From contig AP026155.1 of the NCBI GenBank assembly GCA_030295235.1, positions 620,001-684,000 of the forward strand: a stretch of 64,000 bases of DNA. The letters run 5' to 3'. A model generated the notes under the pieces. It was not told the origin of the DNA. It saw only the letters and a program-made list of their open reading frames with translations, and searched no databases. Position numbers and translations under genes: made by a program. The number at the start of each line of letters is the position of its first letter. The first letter of the stretch is position 1. Of the stretch, positions 46,859 through 61,260 are shown one piece after another. Source of the DNA: Fistulifera solaris (Eukaryota).

Positions 46859-47737
46859 ATGCGTAGTCATATTTGCAATATCATCTGTATAACATCACTA
46901 TTGCTGCAGCATTCTGTGTCGGCGTTTTCGATCGTAACAAGCCAACGAGCATTAAGAACGAAGACATCGTCACTACGATCGGAGCCCGCCGAGCAAGAGC
47001 CAAACGTTTCTCTGGAAAGTGAAGCACTGCCCGTCAATCCGAGTGTATCCGGAGCACTGGCCCGAGAGGCAGCACGCGAGGAAGAATCATCATCGAAGCC
47101 AACAGAAGCGGCCGCTCCTACAATCGTACAGGGAAATTCACTCCGTACTTGGTCCTTTCCGAGTGAAGATGTCCAGCGCGTACAATTTCTCATACGAACA
47201 CAGGGGCGTCCATTGCATTCGAATGTCGTGGTGTGGCAAGGACCGGATAATGCTCCTCAGAAAATAGGTATCTACAGCGAAGATGGTATTGTGCGCCCCT
47301 TTTGCTGCATAGCCGAGACGCCGCACGGTCAAAATGCGGTGGCTGTGTACAATACAGCAAGTCTCGAATTTCCTTTATTGGCATCGGTCGACGCCATCGA
47401 TGCCAACACACCCCTAGATACCAATCTACGAGACAAATTAGGTCGAACAATCCAAGGCGGTGCTTTGCACACCTATCCGTTCCTTCCCAACGTTCAAAGT
47501 GTGGCTGTATTCCTCAGAACAAATGGACGTCCACTTGAGGCGCGTATTGAACTATTACAGGGTCCGAACAACAACAAGCAAGTAATGGAAATTGAAAGCG
47601 AAAACGGCAGAGAGCGTCCGTTCTATGTAGTCATTGCCTCCCCGGGGGTGGGAAATGTGATTCGCGTTCTCAATACGGCGCCGATGGAATATCCGATGAC
47701 GGCTATTGTAGAACCCTATGAAATGGATCTGGATTGA
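46859..47737 (+). CDS. Uncharacterised two-repeat-domain plastid-targeted protein, paralogue copy 2 (divergent from copy 1)
   Basis: Intact 292-aa ORF; signal peptide ending HSVSA-FSI; IVQGNSLRTWSF...WQGPDNAPQK...[12 protein letters not shown]...LLQGPNNNKQV. Confidence 0.88.
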   Translation: MRSHICNIICITSLLLQHSVSAFSIVTSQRALRTKTSSLRSEPAEQEPNVSLESEALPVNPSVSGALAREAAREEESSSKPTEAAAPTIVQGNSLRTWSFPSEDVQRVQFLIRTQGRPLHSNVVVWQGPDNAPQKIGIYSEDGIVRPFCCIAETPHGQNAVAVYNTASLEFPLLASVDAIDANTPLDTNLRDKLGRTIQGGALHTYPFLPNVQSVAVFLRTNGRPLEARIELLQGPNNNKQVMEIESENGRERPFYVVIASPGVGNVIRVLNTAPMEYPMTAIVEPYEMDLD

Positions 47738-47866
47738 ACACTGGAATCATCATGAATGCTAAAATAATAAAAAAGAACGCGATTATCTTTTATATTATCT
47801 ATCTAGAGAACGAGGAGAAGCACTCATCGTGTCAGCATTGCTTTAACGTCTGATCTACTATATTTA

Positions 47867-50108
<2,242 letters not shown>

Positions 50109-50495
50109 CGTTAGCGCAATATGACAAAAAAGCAGAAAGGGTATAAGATATGAGTTTGTTGGATTGTGATGATTCGTTCCATCAACACGGGCGTGGGTTT
50201 ATTATTATTTATGTTGTTGTTGTTGGTTGTTGATTCTGCTTTATTATTTCGGTTCGCTAAAAAATGCCGCTCACTACAGCCCGGAAGGGATGACAGACGA
50301 ATTCGTACTGCATCCACGTAGATATCATGCGTATTTGACAAGGATATTCGACATCGAGAATAAACGCATCCATTAAAAATGCTTTTAAAGATCCAGGTAA
50401 AGCATCTGAAAAAGGCTTATGCAGCACACTAAGGCTAGCGGAGCCATCGGAGGTTATTGGTAGCCATATTATATGGTACAAAACAGTAATGATGA

Positions 50496-50559
50496 TTCAT
50501 GACTGAAATGCAGTCGTGGAAACTCAATTAAACACTTTGAGTTTCTAGTAAATCTGAAA
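50496..50559 (+). repeat. GACTG-loop-CAGTC hairpin element, copy D
   Basis: TTCATGACTG-AAATG-CAGTCGTGG-AAACTCAATTAAACACTTTGAGTTT-CTAGTAAATCTGAAA. Confidence 0.72.
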
Positions 50560-51049
50560 GAAAGCGATCCACAGGAATTTTTGACAAGCAAAATCAATGA
50601 ATGTGTTGTGAAATGCTGCTGATGGTAATTTTATCTAGACCACGGGCAATTGTAGCTATAAAGCAGGTAAAATGAACGGAATAAAACTACTGGGAGCAGT
50701 TTGGCAAATTTTATATGACTCGTGACCGAGATCATCCGGTCTACTAGAGGTACCATTAGTTCTATCATTTTGACATGTTTTGTCCCATTGCTGATCCCTT
50801 CTTTTTTCTCAATACTTGGTCGTTTTCCTACTCCATTGTCAAAGAATGACAGACAAAGGACCCGACCAAGTCATCCCATCAACAAATATATTGACTGGAT
50901 GTTGAAGTTAGTAGACTCGACTAACTGCTAAGCATATTATGCAAAACCTAAGTGAGCATGCTAATATTATCGAGTGTTTTACTTGACCGTGATAACAGTC
51001 ATGATTGTCTAGGATATGTGGTTTTTAATCAGCATAAAACTTTGCGAAT

Positions 51050-51962
51050 TCAAGGCCACGACGTCTTTTCAATGACTTTGAGAAGAATCGGAATACCCGA
51101 TTGGAGTTGCCAAAGAAACAAACCGAGTCCAGCAACATTCGCACCAATATGAATGGATCGTGCCGTGTCACTGCCTTTTTGCATGGCCGGAATGGTTGCG
51201 ACAGCCAAAGCCCAAACGACCACCAGACCGGCACCCGCATACAAATGGGGACCAGGGAATAATTTACCCGCACGAGCGTATGTATTCAGAGGACCCTGCG
51301 TAAAAGGAAAAACAGGTGCAGTGAGTGTAGTGTGCACCACAGAAAAAAATACGACTCGTCGTTTTCATACATACCTCAATAGCAAAAGCAGTCCCCAAGA
51401 ACGCCAACAAGGCCCCTTGACTGAAATGCTGATCCCGAGGAGCGGCAGCCGCCAACTCTTTGCGTTCATTTTGCAACTCCGCGACCTGCTCCGCAATGGG
51501 CATGGCCGCCTTTAATTTCATCATATCCGCTCCTTCTTCTTTCATGGCCTTTTCGATATCGGCTTTGCTGGAGATACCCGACGGAAGTTGTGCTTGCAGT
51601 TCTTTAATATCACCTCCCAAGGTGCGCTGACGGCGCCACTGGAATCCCAAAAAGGCCGTGTATAAAGTGTACAGTAGCAAACTGCCCATCATGACCGGAT
51701 GCAACAGAGACCCAGTGCGTCCTTCGAAGATGCCCCAATCCGGACCGGCTGCCATGGCGGGCGCCGCATTCGTAAGAAAAGCAGTCGTCGCGGCGGTAGT
51801 GACAACTTGAAAGGAGCGAACGAGATCGGAAGATTCCTCTTCTACAGGTGCCGACATTCGTAGCGACCGCGTCAGGGTCGTCGTCGACGACGGAACGACA
51901 AAGGCGGATGCCGATGACGAAAGAAGCAATGTGGCACTGATGATGATGTTTGTAATTTTCAT
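51050..51962 (-). CDS. DUF4079-family plastid membrane protein; intron 51296-51374
   Basis: SASA-FVVP presequence; LLHPVMMG...AFLGFQWRRQRT, RDQHFSQG, GKLFPGPHLYAG, ARSIHIGAN...WQLQSG. Confidence 0.88.
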
Positions 51963-52227
51963 TATGTTGACTAATATTAGGGTGGTAGAATGAAACTGTA
52001 GTTTTTCGAGTTAGAAGATCTCGTGAGAATTATAACGAATGCGAACCGCGATATACCTGGTAATATAATAATTCCTCCGTACCTTTTTTTTTCGGCTGTT
52101 GTGATGAATGATGAATGATGATGTGCGTGTGTGTGTCGTGCTTCTGCGCGAAATCCTTCTGATGACTCAAAATTGCGTCAGTCAACTTTGAGTCACGTCA
52201 CATTTCAAGTCACGAGAAATCACGAAA

Positions 52228-53492
52228 CTACTGTTTCGGGTCTCTTCGCAGTCTCTCTAGCAACCTTTGCCATATCTCGTCCTCAAGAACAGCTGGCATA
52301 TTCACGTCACACAATAAGGCCGTGTTCATTTGAGCTGAAAAATCACTCCAAATATCACTTCGTGTATCTTCTTGGTTCGGAAATACTGCACGTTCAGCCG
52401 CCGCACTGAATTGAAACAAGTTGTCGGTTACATTCGATGGCGGACAGAGCAGGGGAACATCACCACGACTTAACCTTTTGCCGTTCCGTTCATCATGCTT
52501 CTCCAAGATCATGGCCAAGGGAGCACATTGGAATAACGCTTCATCACTGTGTGTCGATACTCTCATTCGAAGATCTTTCGCCATACGTTGTACTTTGGCG
52601 TGATCTACCATGTTATTCTCGATTAAATATTGAGCGAGACGATCAAAGACGAGCGTTTTACCCTGATTGGCGGATATAGGACGACCTGATTGCAATTTGT
52701 GGCATGTTTTTTCCGCTCGCATGATGTTGCAAAAAAAGTCCTGCACTAGATCTCCTCTTTCGATATTAATGACGTTTATTGTGTTGTTGTCAAAGTATTT
52801 CGAGACGCCCGCATGTTTGACGAGAGTTGGGTGCTGAAACGGGGTGCTTCTTAAGAAAGCATTCCAAGGAGGTATATTCCGTTCCAGGTCAGAATTGTAG
52901 CGGTTGTTATTCGGATTCTTCTCGTTTGCAGGATTGGGTCGACAGCGAAAGCGGTTGATTTGATAGTAACGACTGGGTAGCCAGTGGTAGTAACGTCGAT
53001 AAGCGACGACGATAGTTACCTCATACTCTGTGTTGTTGAATACTTCTTGGTAAAAACTCATTTCTTCCGAGAACGTGGACCAGCGTTCAGTGCTGAGAAC
53101 AATGTGACGTCTGTTTTGTCGAGCCTTATTAACAAACTGCTGAAACTGCTCTATTTTATTCGAGCAGCTTACAGTATGATTACTATCACTGTTCTTAGCA
53201 ATCATGCATTGATTGAGAGCCCCCAAATGCACGTGATGATAGTAACTCCAACCCTCCTCTTTGAGTGTTGCAGTTGACTGAATGAGGGCACTTTGTATCG
53301 TCGAGCTGCCCATTTTCCCAGGGCCTACATGAAAGACAACCCGAAGTTGATTGCTATTCTTTTCGTAAACAGACTCGTGGTGTCTTTGAAAACATTCACA
53401 AATCGGAAAAATCGAAAGGAATGCAACAACATGAAGCCAATGATGACCATCACGTACTTGTTTACGCCTTTGAGACGTTTGGTTCCTCTCAT
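52228..53492 (-). CDS. Type II membrane protein with sulfotransferase-like P-loop motif; frameshift near 53355
   Basis: ATG 53492 gives MRGTKRLKGVNKYVMVIIGFMLL (TM); the shifted frame gives VVFHVGPGKMGSSTIQSAL, IVLSTE, IVVAYRRYYHWLPSRY. Confidence 0.65.
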
Positions 53493-54294
53493 CTTTCAGA
53501 GTGTTTTCTTCTCCAATAGGATTAGGATATCAAAATAGATTTATCGATTGCATTTTGTTCGTCGTTGTGTCGTTATCGACATGTTTTGTCTGTCGCTTTT
53601 CTTGAAAAACAGAAACAAAAATGCTTTCGATACATTTGTATTGACCGCGTATATCGAGTGGAATGTGAGGGTGGCGTAACGTGACTCATCTAACGTTATG
53701 GCAGTCCCTAATTAACGACAATATCTTTTCTAAACAATCATTTTTTTGAACCTTGTCCTTTACTTTTGAAATGCATGCCAAGAGCTAAGCAGTAAGACAA
53801 ATCTGATATATTTGGCGCTATTCCTACGGATGCTTCTGGTGATTTTTCATTTAAACGTAATGCTAACGTTTAACAATCGAAGACTCTGCCTTAAGGCTGT
53901 AGCTTTAAGCTAATGCTACGCAGTTAAAACAGGAACCATTGCTATTGTTTTTATTTGTGATGTTGATGATATTGACGAGTCGAATGACGACATCTGATTT
54001 TGATGGATTTGCTAAGAAATGGATTATAACGTTTCGTTTCGAAGGAAGATGATTCGCGTGACACAACTTTACTGCAGTCCCGGCAATCTGCGTTCCTTAT
54101 TCTCCATGGGAAATAAAAACGGTCACGAGCATTTTGTTGCTTTTGATTGAAAAAGAGCTACCCGTTTGTCATTGTAACAACTTGTTTCTCTCTTCTTCTT
54201 CTTCTTCTTTCAATATCTGGTTGTCAGAATATACAACTGTTAATATTCCTCAAGAGAGTTGCCAAACTTGCCAACGATCAGAATAGAAACGACA

Positions 54295-55865
54295 ATGACC
54301 ATGATGTCTTCTTTCTCTTTCCGTCGCTCCTCCTTTTTGCTCCTATTCTGGGTGCTTCTCAGGCCTTCACTACAAGTACAAGCTTTATGGTGGAGTAACC
54401 TTGAGAACAAAAGCGAATCAAGCGAAGAAATGCAGCAGTTCGATCGGCCGTCGAGTGTCAAAGCACAGCAAACGAATCACAACAAACCTTCTTCGCCCGC
54501 ATTTGAATACGGAGTAGATGTTAGTTTTCCCATGCATCATGCTCCCGTGAGTACCAACTACGCATGGCTTCCACACAATCAACAACCGAATGCTGATATT
54601 CCGGACGAATACAAAGACATGCCGGTACAACCGCTCGGTGACATGCAAAGTAAATACGAAAACTACATTCAGGGTTGTGTCGATTATTATAACAAGGACG
54701 GCAAGAACAAAGGAGAACGCTGTATCACGACAGAACGAGATCGACTGGCCATGAGCTTACGGCAACCACAATCGATGTACAATTACACACAAATGGGCTA
54801 CACCAAGATACGGGCACCCGATCATGTCTTTCGATTATTGAAAGAATTCTGGGAAAAGAATAAGCATCGAGAAACGCTCGAACGATGGGCTGTGGGGAAT
54901 GTTTACACGTGAGTAGAAGAAGACAACACTCTATCACTATTGATTTGATGATACTCACACGTACAAATCTCTCTTGTTGTGGCAGCAATCACTGGGAATC
55001 GCCTTCGTACATGGTTAGTGTCGAAAATGAGGCACTGGACGGTGGAGGCTATGTATTGAAACAACACATTTGGAATGCCGCACGTGATACTATTGAAGAA
55101 TGGACGGGCTACAAGCAAGCGGAATGTTCATTGTACGGAATTCGTGTGTACAAAGAAGGTGCCATCTTAGCTCCGCACGTCGATCGATTGCCTTTGGTGA
55201 GTTCGGCCATCATCAATGTCGATCAAGATGTGGATGAACCATGGCCGCTGGAAGTGATCGGGCATGATGGTATTGCTCGAAATGTGACCATGGAGCCCGG
55301 AGATCTAGTCTTGTATGAATCGCATTCTATTTTGCACGGTCGCCCATTCCCATTGAAAGGACGTTTCATGGCCAACGTCTTTATACATTTTGAACCCACT
55401 CAAAAAATTGGGGGAGAAAGTGAATATACGGGCGATTTACCGCCTTATCTCATTCCGGGTAGTCCTGAGGAGGCGCGATGGCGCTCCAGCAATCCCCACG
55501 GTCACAAATTGCTAAATCAACAGCAACCAGGCACTACAGGATCCACAAAAGCTCACATGCTGGCCGCTCGCGGTCAGTACGAAGATCTTCGTCAGTTTCT
55601 CAATGAAAACCCCGATTCCATCAACGCTCGTGATAAAAATGATTGGATGCCCCTGCATGAAGGCATCAGAAAAGGAGATCTTGATTGCATTGAATTGCTG
55701 TTGGATCGAGGTGCAGAAGTGAATGCGGTCACACCACATGGATCGCCCTTGTACATGGCCCAGACGTTCCATGCTGGTAACAAAGCGTTACAACAACTAC
55801 TGGAATCGCGGGGTGCCAAGCTGTATCCGCCGCCTTCGAAAGGTGCTAGTGAGGGTGAATTGTAA
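54295..55865 (+). CDS. Secretory-pathway 2OG-Fe(II) oxygenase (prolyl-hydroxylase-like) with C-terminal ankyrin repeats; intron 54909-54985
   Basis: Signal peptide; SLYGIRVY..GAILAPHVDR...LYESHSILHGRP (HxD...H); ankyrin DKNDWMPLHEG...LLLDRGAEVNA; C-terminal EGEL. Confidence 0.88.
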
Positions 55866-55974
55866 CTTTAAACCAAGTTGATATCGACGTGTTGGTTCAA
55901 TACAGGTAGGAGGAAATATTAATCACAACATAATAAACAATTCTAGCATGCCTTTACTCTTTCTTTACCTCTTT

Positions 55975-57802
55975 CTAGCTATTAATTTCGTAGAGTCCTC
56001 CCACCATGCTTAACAAGAACGTTGCTTTCCACAACAAAGGGGAAAGTGCTGATGACGACTCAATACCACTCACATTGCTGTTGTTGAGATTGGGTTCCAA
56101 AGTTGTCTGATTCGTTTTCACAGGGGCTAGGACAGGCGATCTTGTGGGGGCAGCTATAGGGGCCATCGTGGGTGCTTCCGTTCGTCGAACCGACGACGGT
56201 GATGGTGATGATTCCTCAGGCATCGCCGTTGGTTCATCCGACGCCACCGCAATGGAGGGTTCGTTGGTAGTAGCAACAGTCGGTTCTAGGGTTGTCGGCT
56301 CCAGGGTATTTGGTGGCAGGGTGGTCGGTGCAATAGTCGTTGGCTCCAAAGTGGTCGGCGACATCGTGGTCACTGCAGAAGTAGGTGCCGGTGATGTATC
56401 AAATGTAGGGGAGGCCGTCGGTTGCGGTGGCTCTGTCGGTGCCAGAGACGGTCCTATACCCGTGATACGTACTTGCATTTCCATACCCGACGGTGACAAG
56501 ATTTCAATGGTGATGCCTGTCGGGGAGATGACACCCCCTGATAACTGTCGGTATTTGGATAATTGGCTCCTGTCCCTGGCCGCAATACCATTCCCTGTGT
56601 CCAAAGATCCGTAGCATCACCATTATTGTTACCCTTTTCTAGATCATACAATCCATCCGCTGGCAAAAGTGCAACACGGTAGTGATTACCATTGATAGGC
56701 CAGCCTTCTTGCCCTGGATAGCCAGGCGTCTCCTGTAAGAATTTGGTATCGTCAATGTGATAAATAAGGATACCCCCGTCACCGAATATCATTTCATCGT
56801 AGTCGAGCGGCTGTCGGTTTTCAAGCAACAAGTATTCACGTGAGGGAAATCCTTTAGCAATCATGAGCGCATCTGGATACAGATTTGATGGTCGTAATGT
56901 GTAGACTCCATCACCCGTCACTTCTTTCGGTTCATGCCATCCCGTCAATGCGCGCGACCAGGGGCTCATACTTCCGGGATACATGGTATCACCAATTGGG
57001 CCAAAGGAACTTGCCATGATATCCCAGCCACCCAAACCTCCCAAGAAACCGTTACGTGAGTCGTACAAGTCGACTGTTTCGAAGGTATGCAAGAATTCGT
57101 GTGCCGGTACGGCCAATTGCACCATCGCGACAAATCACAGACACCATCGTAAGCACTGGCAATGGCGTACCCATTTAACTTGGTAATATCATTCGTCCAG
57201 GAACCAAAAGGACTGGACCAGTACGCTTGCGATCGCACCCGATCTTCTCGCGAAGGCTCTCCACACGAACTGCCATCTCCACCTTCCGACGGATATCCCG
57301 AGTGGAAGACGAGCAAGGCATCTAATTCACCGTCTTGATCGTCATCGTACCGAGACCAGTCAACAGTTGGATCTTGTGACAGTTGATCCAGGATGGGTGT
57401 GAAGAATTGCGAAGAATCGAGCGCATTGAAAAAGCCCCGTTCTCCCGCCGCAAATTCCGTTTCACTCATCGTCGTGGTCGTCCAGGGCGTTACATCACAC
57501 CCGGTAATATTGTATTGTCCGTACGATTGCAATCGCATGTATTCGGCCATTTGCTCTTGACACAATTCTTCAAAATGTTCACGAGGAGGTAAAGCGCGTG
57601 TAGCGTGGTTGGTGAAGCGCACTAACAACACGAGGACGCGGGCGTTTCCGAACGTTTTGTTGCGGAGTTTTCGCCTTTGTTGTTGCGAGAGGGAATTCTC
57701 GTGTTGTTGTGCTACAGAGGATCCATCAATCCAGCTACAACAACATAATTGCCAGAACAAAAGGAAAAGAAGCCGATTGTTATGATTGTTGACTGCTCTC
57801 AT
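55975..57802 (-). CDS. M6 (immune inhibitor A-like) zinc metalloprotease with Pro/Thr stalk and hydrophobic C-terminus; frameshifts near 57125 and 56535
   Basis: Signal peptide; VLVLLVRF, DWSRYDDDQDGELD, AHEFLH...DLYD, GLGGWDIMA (Met-turn), MSPWSR, EYLLLENRQ, GILIYHIDD; PTT(L/I)x repeats. Confidence 0.88.
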
Positions 57803-58624
57803 TTTTGTATTCAATTGTGATGAATTGTGCACTTGAAAAGTTCACAGTCTGTAGTGATTGTTGTCGTATAGAAGAAGAGATTTGCTTTTTTCTTTCTTTC
57901 TCTGCTTTCTCTCGACTGATGTTTTAAGCAAAAAGAACTCGTGTAGACGGACGCTACGTCGGTTTGCTTTTCGTTTTCTCTCTCGCTATATAGGTAGATG
58001 TTTTTGATCTATTCGAGCTCAATCAACAATGATGCTAGCTTCATATGTGTATTTATGCAAATAAACAAGAAGAACAATAGATTGTTCGTGCCGATTGTAT
58101 TGCTTGCGAGCTATAGCAGTCTTGTCGAAGGCGCGTCGCAGGTTTATTGGATGGATCGGTTGCATATTATTTTTCATTCGATCACTTGCCTACTCTATTG
58201 TATCATAAACTTCACCCGGTACTCGTACATACACAGAAAAATACCGCGCCGATGCACGACTCCGATAGCACGCCAGGCTCGTTTTCCCCTTCGTGCCAAT
58301 GACTACAACGATTGTTGTACCAAAGTTGCTGTTGAAGCCAGGGTGGAAGCCCGTTCCGCGTTCTCCCTATGTAGCACAAGCCAATTTTGGGTCGTACTTG
58401 TTACTGTAAACGGGATTACAAGTGACGTCAGAATGCAACTGAGTATAAACGTACACAGTAGACGAAAAATAAGAGCTCGTGGCACGTGGAACACGGAGAA
58501 AACAACAAGGATCTATGTCAAAAAATCGAATTCTTTATCTTGGATCCAGGATTAAACACATTGTAATCGAGATCGTCGCTGTTAGCTACCTACAGCGACC
58601 ATGCACTAACTAGCTGTTAGGTAG

Positions 58625-60505
58625 CTATAGCTCTTCCGCTATTGGGTTGACCCCTCCCGAGGAAAACTTCAGTTTGACTACGACATACAACGCAAACAAG
58701 ATGACACAACCCAACCCCAGCATCCATTGCTCCAGGGAAACTTTCTCTTCTACAACATTGTCCAATCCGCGGGCTCGTACGTGATCTGGATCGTTGCTAT
58801 CAAAGACCGAGACCATGACTTCACCGTGTTCTGTCAATCGCATAGCGACTTCGACTTGTCTTCGTAAATTTGTCATTTGATCCACCTTCAATCGCCGCAA
58901 CAAGAAAGAGAACTCATTTAATACCACAAACAATTCTTCTTCCGGTACGTATTCTACCGCCAAGACGGTGACACCGGCCTGTTGAGCCTTGGCTACATCA
59001 AATACCATACTACCCATTGCCGGTAAAGGACTGTCGCGGGGAATCAATTCACAAAAGACGTGTTCGTTCGGATCAAAGGTTATAATTTGTTGAGGACTAC
59101 CTCGTAAAACAGTATCCGCATTCATACATTGTAATACACCCAAGGGATATGGCGTCGTATCCAACATGAGGGCACTTTCCAGAACGTGCGGAGGAATTTT
59201 CTGGGACAACCATGCAGCTTGAATGGCACATCCTTGTGCGACGGCACTGACCGGATGGATTGCTGTACTTAACTCGGCAATATGTGGAAAGGTGTCGCGC
59301 AGCATGCGGCGTACGGCGGGGACGCGGGTGGCACCGCCAATCAGCACCACTTCATGGATGGGGGCATCCGATGACAGCGTTTGATCCAACACAATTTGGG
59401 CACGTTGCAACAACGGTGCAATACACGAATCAAACTCTGCTCGTGTAAAAGACAGGAAGGACCCTTGCCATTGGATGGTTGTTGATTCGCTGTCGGTTAA
59501 AGCTTCCTTGGCTTGTTGACACGCACGGAGGAAATGCCGGTGTTGTACGTGGTCTTTATTTGTAAATTCCATTTGATCTCTGTGCACTAGATAACGAAAG
59601 ATAGCCTCGTCCATATCATCTCCTCCTAATTGTCCATCTCCTCGTGTGGTTTCGACCTGAAATCGTTGACTAGGGTCATCATGATAAGCAGATTCTTTAG
59701 TGTCTCTACGAGTCGGAGGTTGAAGTAAAGCCACTGTAATATCGGTCGTTCCTCCTCCCATGTCAAAAACCAATATTCGTGTACCGCCATGCTCCTCTGA
59801 ATGATCCCTGCTGCGCTTTCCCACAAACAATCCGTACGCCATTGCGGCTGCTGTGCTTTCCGTTACGGTCGAAACATGCCCAATAAATCCGGCCCGCTTC
59901 GCAGCCTCCATCATGCCGCGTCGTTGCAGCGATGTATACCGAGCAGGGACTCCCAATACTACATTTCGACACAGTCCGGTTCCTGGAGTTTGCAATTGTT
60001 TCTTTGCGCAATGTAGCTGGATGTATACATCAGCTTCAAATCGAAGTTGTTGCAGTACGAGAGCAACCGCATCGATCCATTTCAAAGTGCAAGAATCGTA
60101 GCTATACAGGCCTTGCGGATCTTTTGCGAAATTTCTTTTCAGATTGGGAAGGAAGACATAGTCGTTGCTATAATCAATGGTGTTGCCTGTTTCGTGCAGT
60201 CGCTTCCATGCTGGGTATCCAATGATTGATTTCTCTTTCAAATCGTCCCAGAAGTGTTCTTTATCTTCCTTATTCACTACTTTTTTCTGCACACCGAGCT
60301 GGGTAGGAACGATGCGACCATGTTTCCTTCGTTCGGGGATCGCCGAAACCAGACGAATCCATTTGGGGCCTCCGCGCGTCGCGTCGTAGACCGCAACACT
60401 GCAATGCGTTGTACCGAAATCAATACCGATCCAGATACTGTCGTCGTCGTTATCACCGAGTTGAGATGGCGTTGTAAGTTTTGTGGTAGGAGCGTTGACT
60501 GTCAT
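58625..60505 (-). CDS. Atypical Hsp70-family protein with C-terminal transmembrane helix
   Basis: IGIDFGTT, GVPARY, TESTAAAMAYG, VFDMGGGTTD, LGGDDMD, VVLIGGATRVP, AVAQGCAIQAA, linker LMLDTTPYPLGV; tail WMLGLGCVILFALYVVVKLK. Confidence 0.9.
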   Translation of the reverse strand: MTVNAPTTKLTTPSQLGDNDDDSIWIGIDFGTTHCSVAVYDATRGGPKWIRLVSAIPERRKHGRIVPTQLGVQKKVVNKEDKEHFWDDLKEKSIIGYPAWKRLHETGNTIDYSNDYVFLPNLKRNFAKDPQGLYSYDSCTLKWIDAVALVLQQLRFEADVYIQLHCAKKQLQTPGTGLCRNVVLGVPARYTSLQRRGMMEAAKRAGFIGHVSTVTESTAAAMAYGLFVGKRSRDHSEEHGGTRILVFDMGGGTTDITVALLQPPTRRDTKESAYHDDPSQRFQVETTRGDGQLGGDDMDEAIFRYLVHRDQMEFTNKDHVQHRHFLRACQQAKEALTDSESTTIQWQGSFLSFTRAEFDSCIAPLLQRAQIVLDQTLSSDAPIHEVVLIGGATRVPAVRRMLRDTFPHIAELSTAIHPVSAVAQGCAIQAAWLSQKIPPHVLESALMLDTTPYPLGVLQCMNADTVLRGSPQQIITFDPNEHVFCELIPRDSPLPAMGSMVFDVAKAQQAGVTVLAVEYVPEEELFVVLNEFSFLLRRLKVDQMTNLRRQVEVAMRLTEHGEVMVSVFDSNDPDHVRARGLDNVVEEKVSLEQWMLGLGCVILFALYVVVKLKFSSGGVNPIAEEL

Positions 60506-60813
60506 GGTTGAATAAAATGATGAAAGAAGACAGGTAGACAAAAAAACAACAAGGACGAGTGAAGCTTCAGAGGTAAGATAGATGGTCCCGTTACATGAGC
60601 GATATTTCCGTTCTTGTTTGTCAGAAAAAGGAGTAAACGAATTGGAAATGCTTAGCTACAGTCATCAAAGGCAAGTGCAAGAAAAGCACATTAGTACAAG
60701 TAAGTCTTTTCTCGTCATCGTCCTTTCTCGTCTTTCGTTCTTTCGTTTTTGTTGTTGGTGCGTGTATTCACAGTCCGTATAAGGTTACAAGTTATCCTTG
60801 TGATGGAGGTACC

Positions 60814-60921
60814 GGTACGGTACCGGTACGGAACGGCGTTAAAATTCTGCCTGTCGTAGACGCTACGTAGAATCTTGTACTGGGAGGCAGAATTTTAACG
60901 TCCTTTCCCCGGTACCGTACC
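60814..60921. mobile_element. 80-bp inverted-repeat (MITE-like) element, copy 2, with extra 13-bp outer arms
   Basis: Core 60830-60908 differs from 7845-7924 at about 4 positions; outer GGTACGGTACCGG (60814-60826) pairs with CCGGTACCGTACC (60909-60921). Confidence 0.6.
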
Positions 60922-61189
60922 GCTATATTTTGTACGTTATTTGTACAAAGTACTGGTACAGTAGTAGACAAGGAAAAGCACACAAAGCTTTTCGACAAAA
61001 ACAATCTGCTTCTTACACATGCCGCAGAAAGCGATTGCAATGATGGTGCGCAAGATTTGTCAACCTAAAAAATCTAAAAGAGTACTGCAATATTTCCGGG
61101 GGATAGATACTTCTAAACAATTGCAGATATCTGCCATAGAGTAACGATTGGATGTTTAGGTTGTAGCCTGACTCCTTGAAGAGATTTCG

Positions 61190-61260
61190 TTCGTGACTGA
61201 AATTCAGTCGTGGCGAAAGGTCGCCAACATGATTATTTTTGTTCTACAGTAAACACAGAA
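61190..61260 (+). repeat. GACTG-loop-CAGTC hairpin element, copy E
   Basis: TTCGTGACTG-AAATT-CAGTCGT-GGCGAAAGGTCGCC-AACA...CTACAGTAAA. Confidence 0.7.

Noticed and set aside
50720..50741. TCGTGACCG...CGGTC as a compensatory variant of the hairpin family
   Set aside because: The loop length and downstream sequence do not match; too weak to count without a covariance model.
57998..58555. 185-aa ORF between the M6 protease and Hsp70-like genes
   Set aside because: Composition looks random, with no motifs; probably intergenic.
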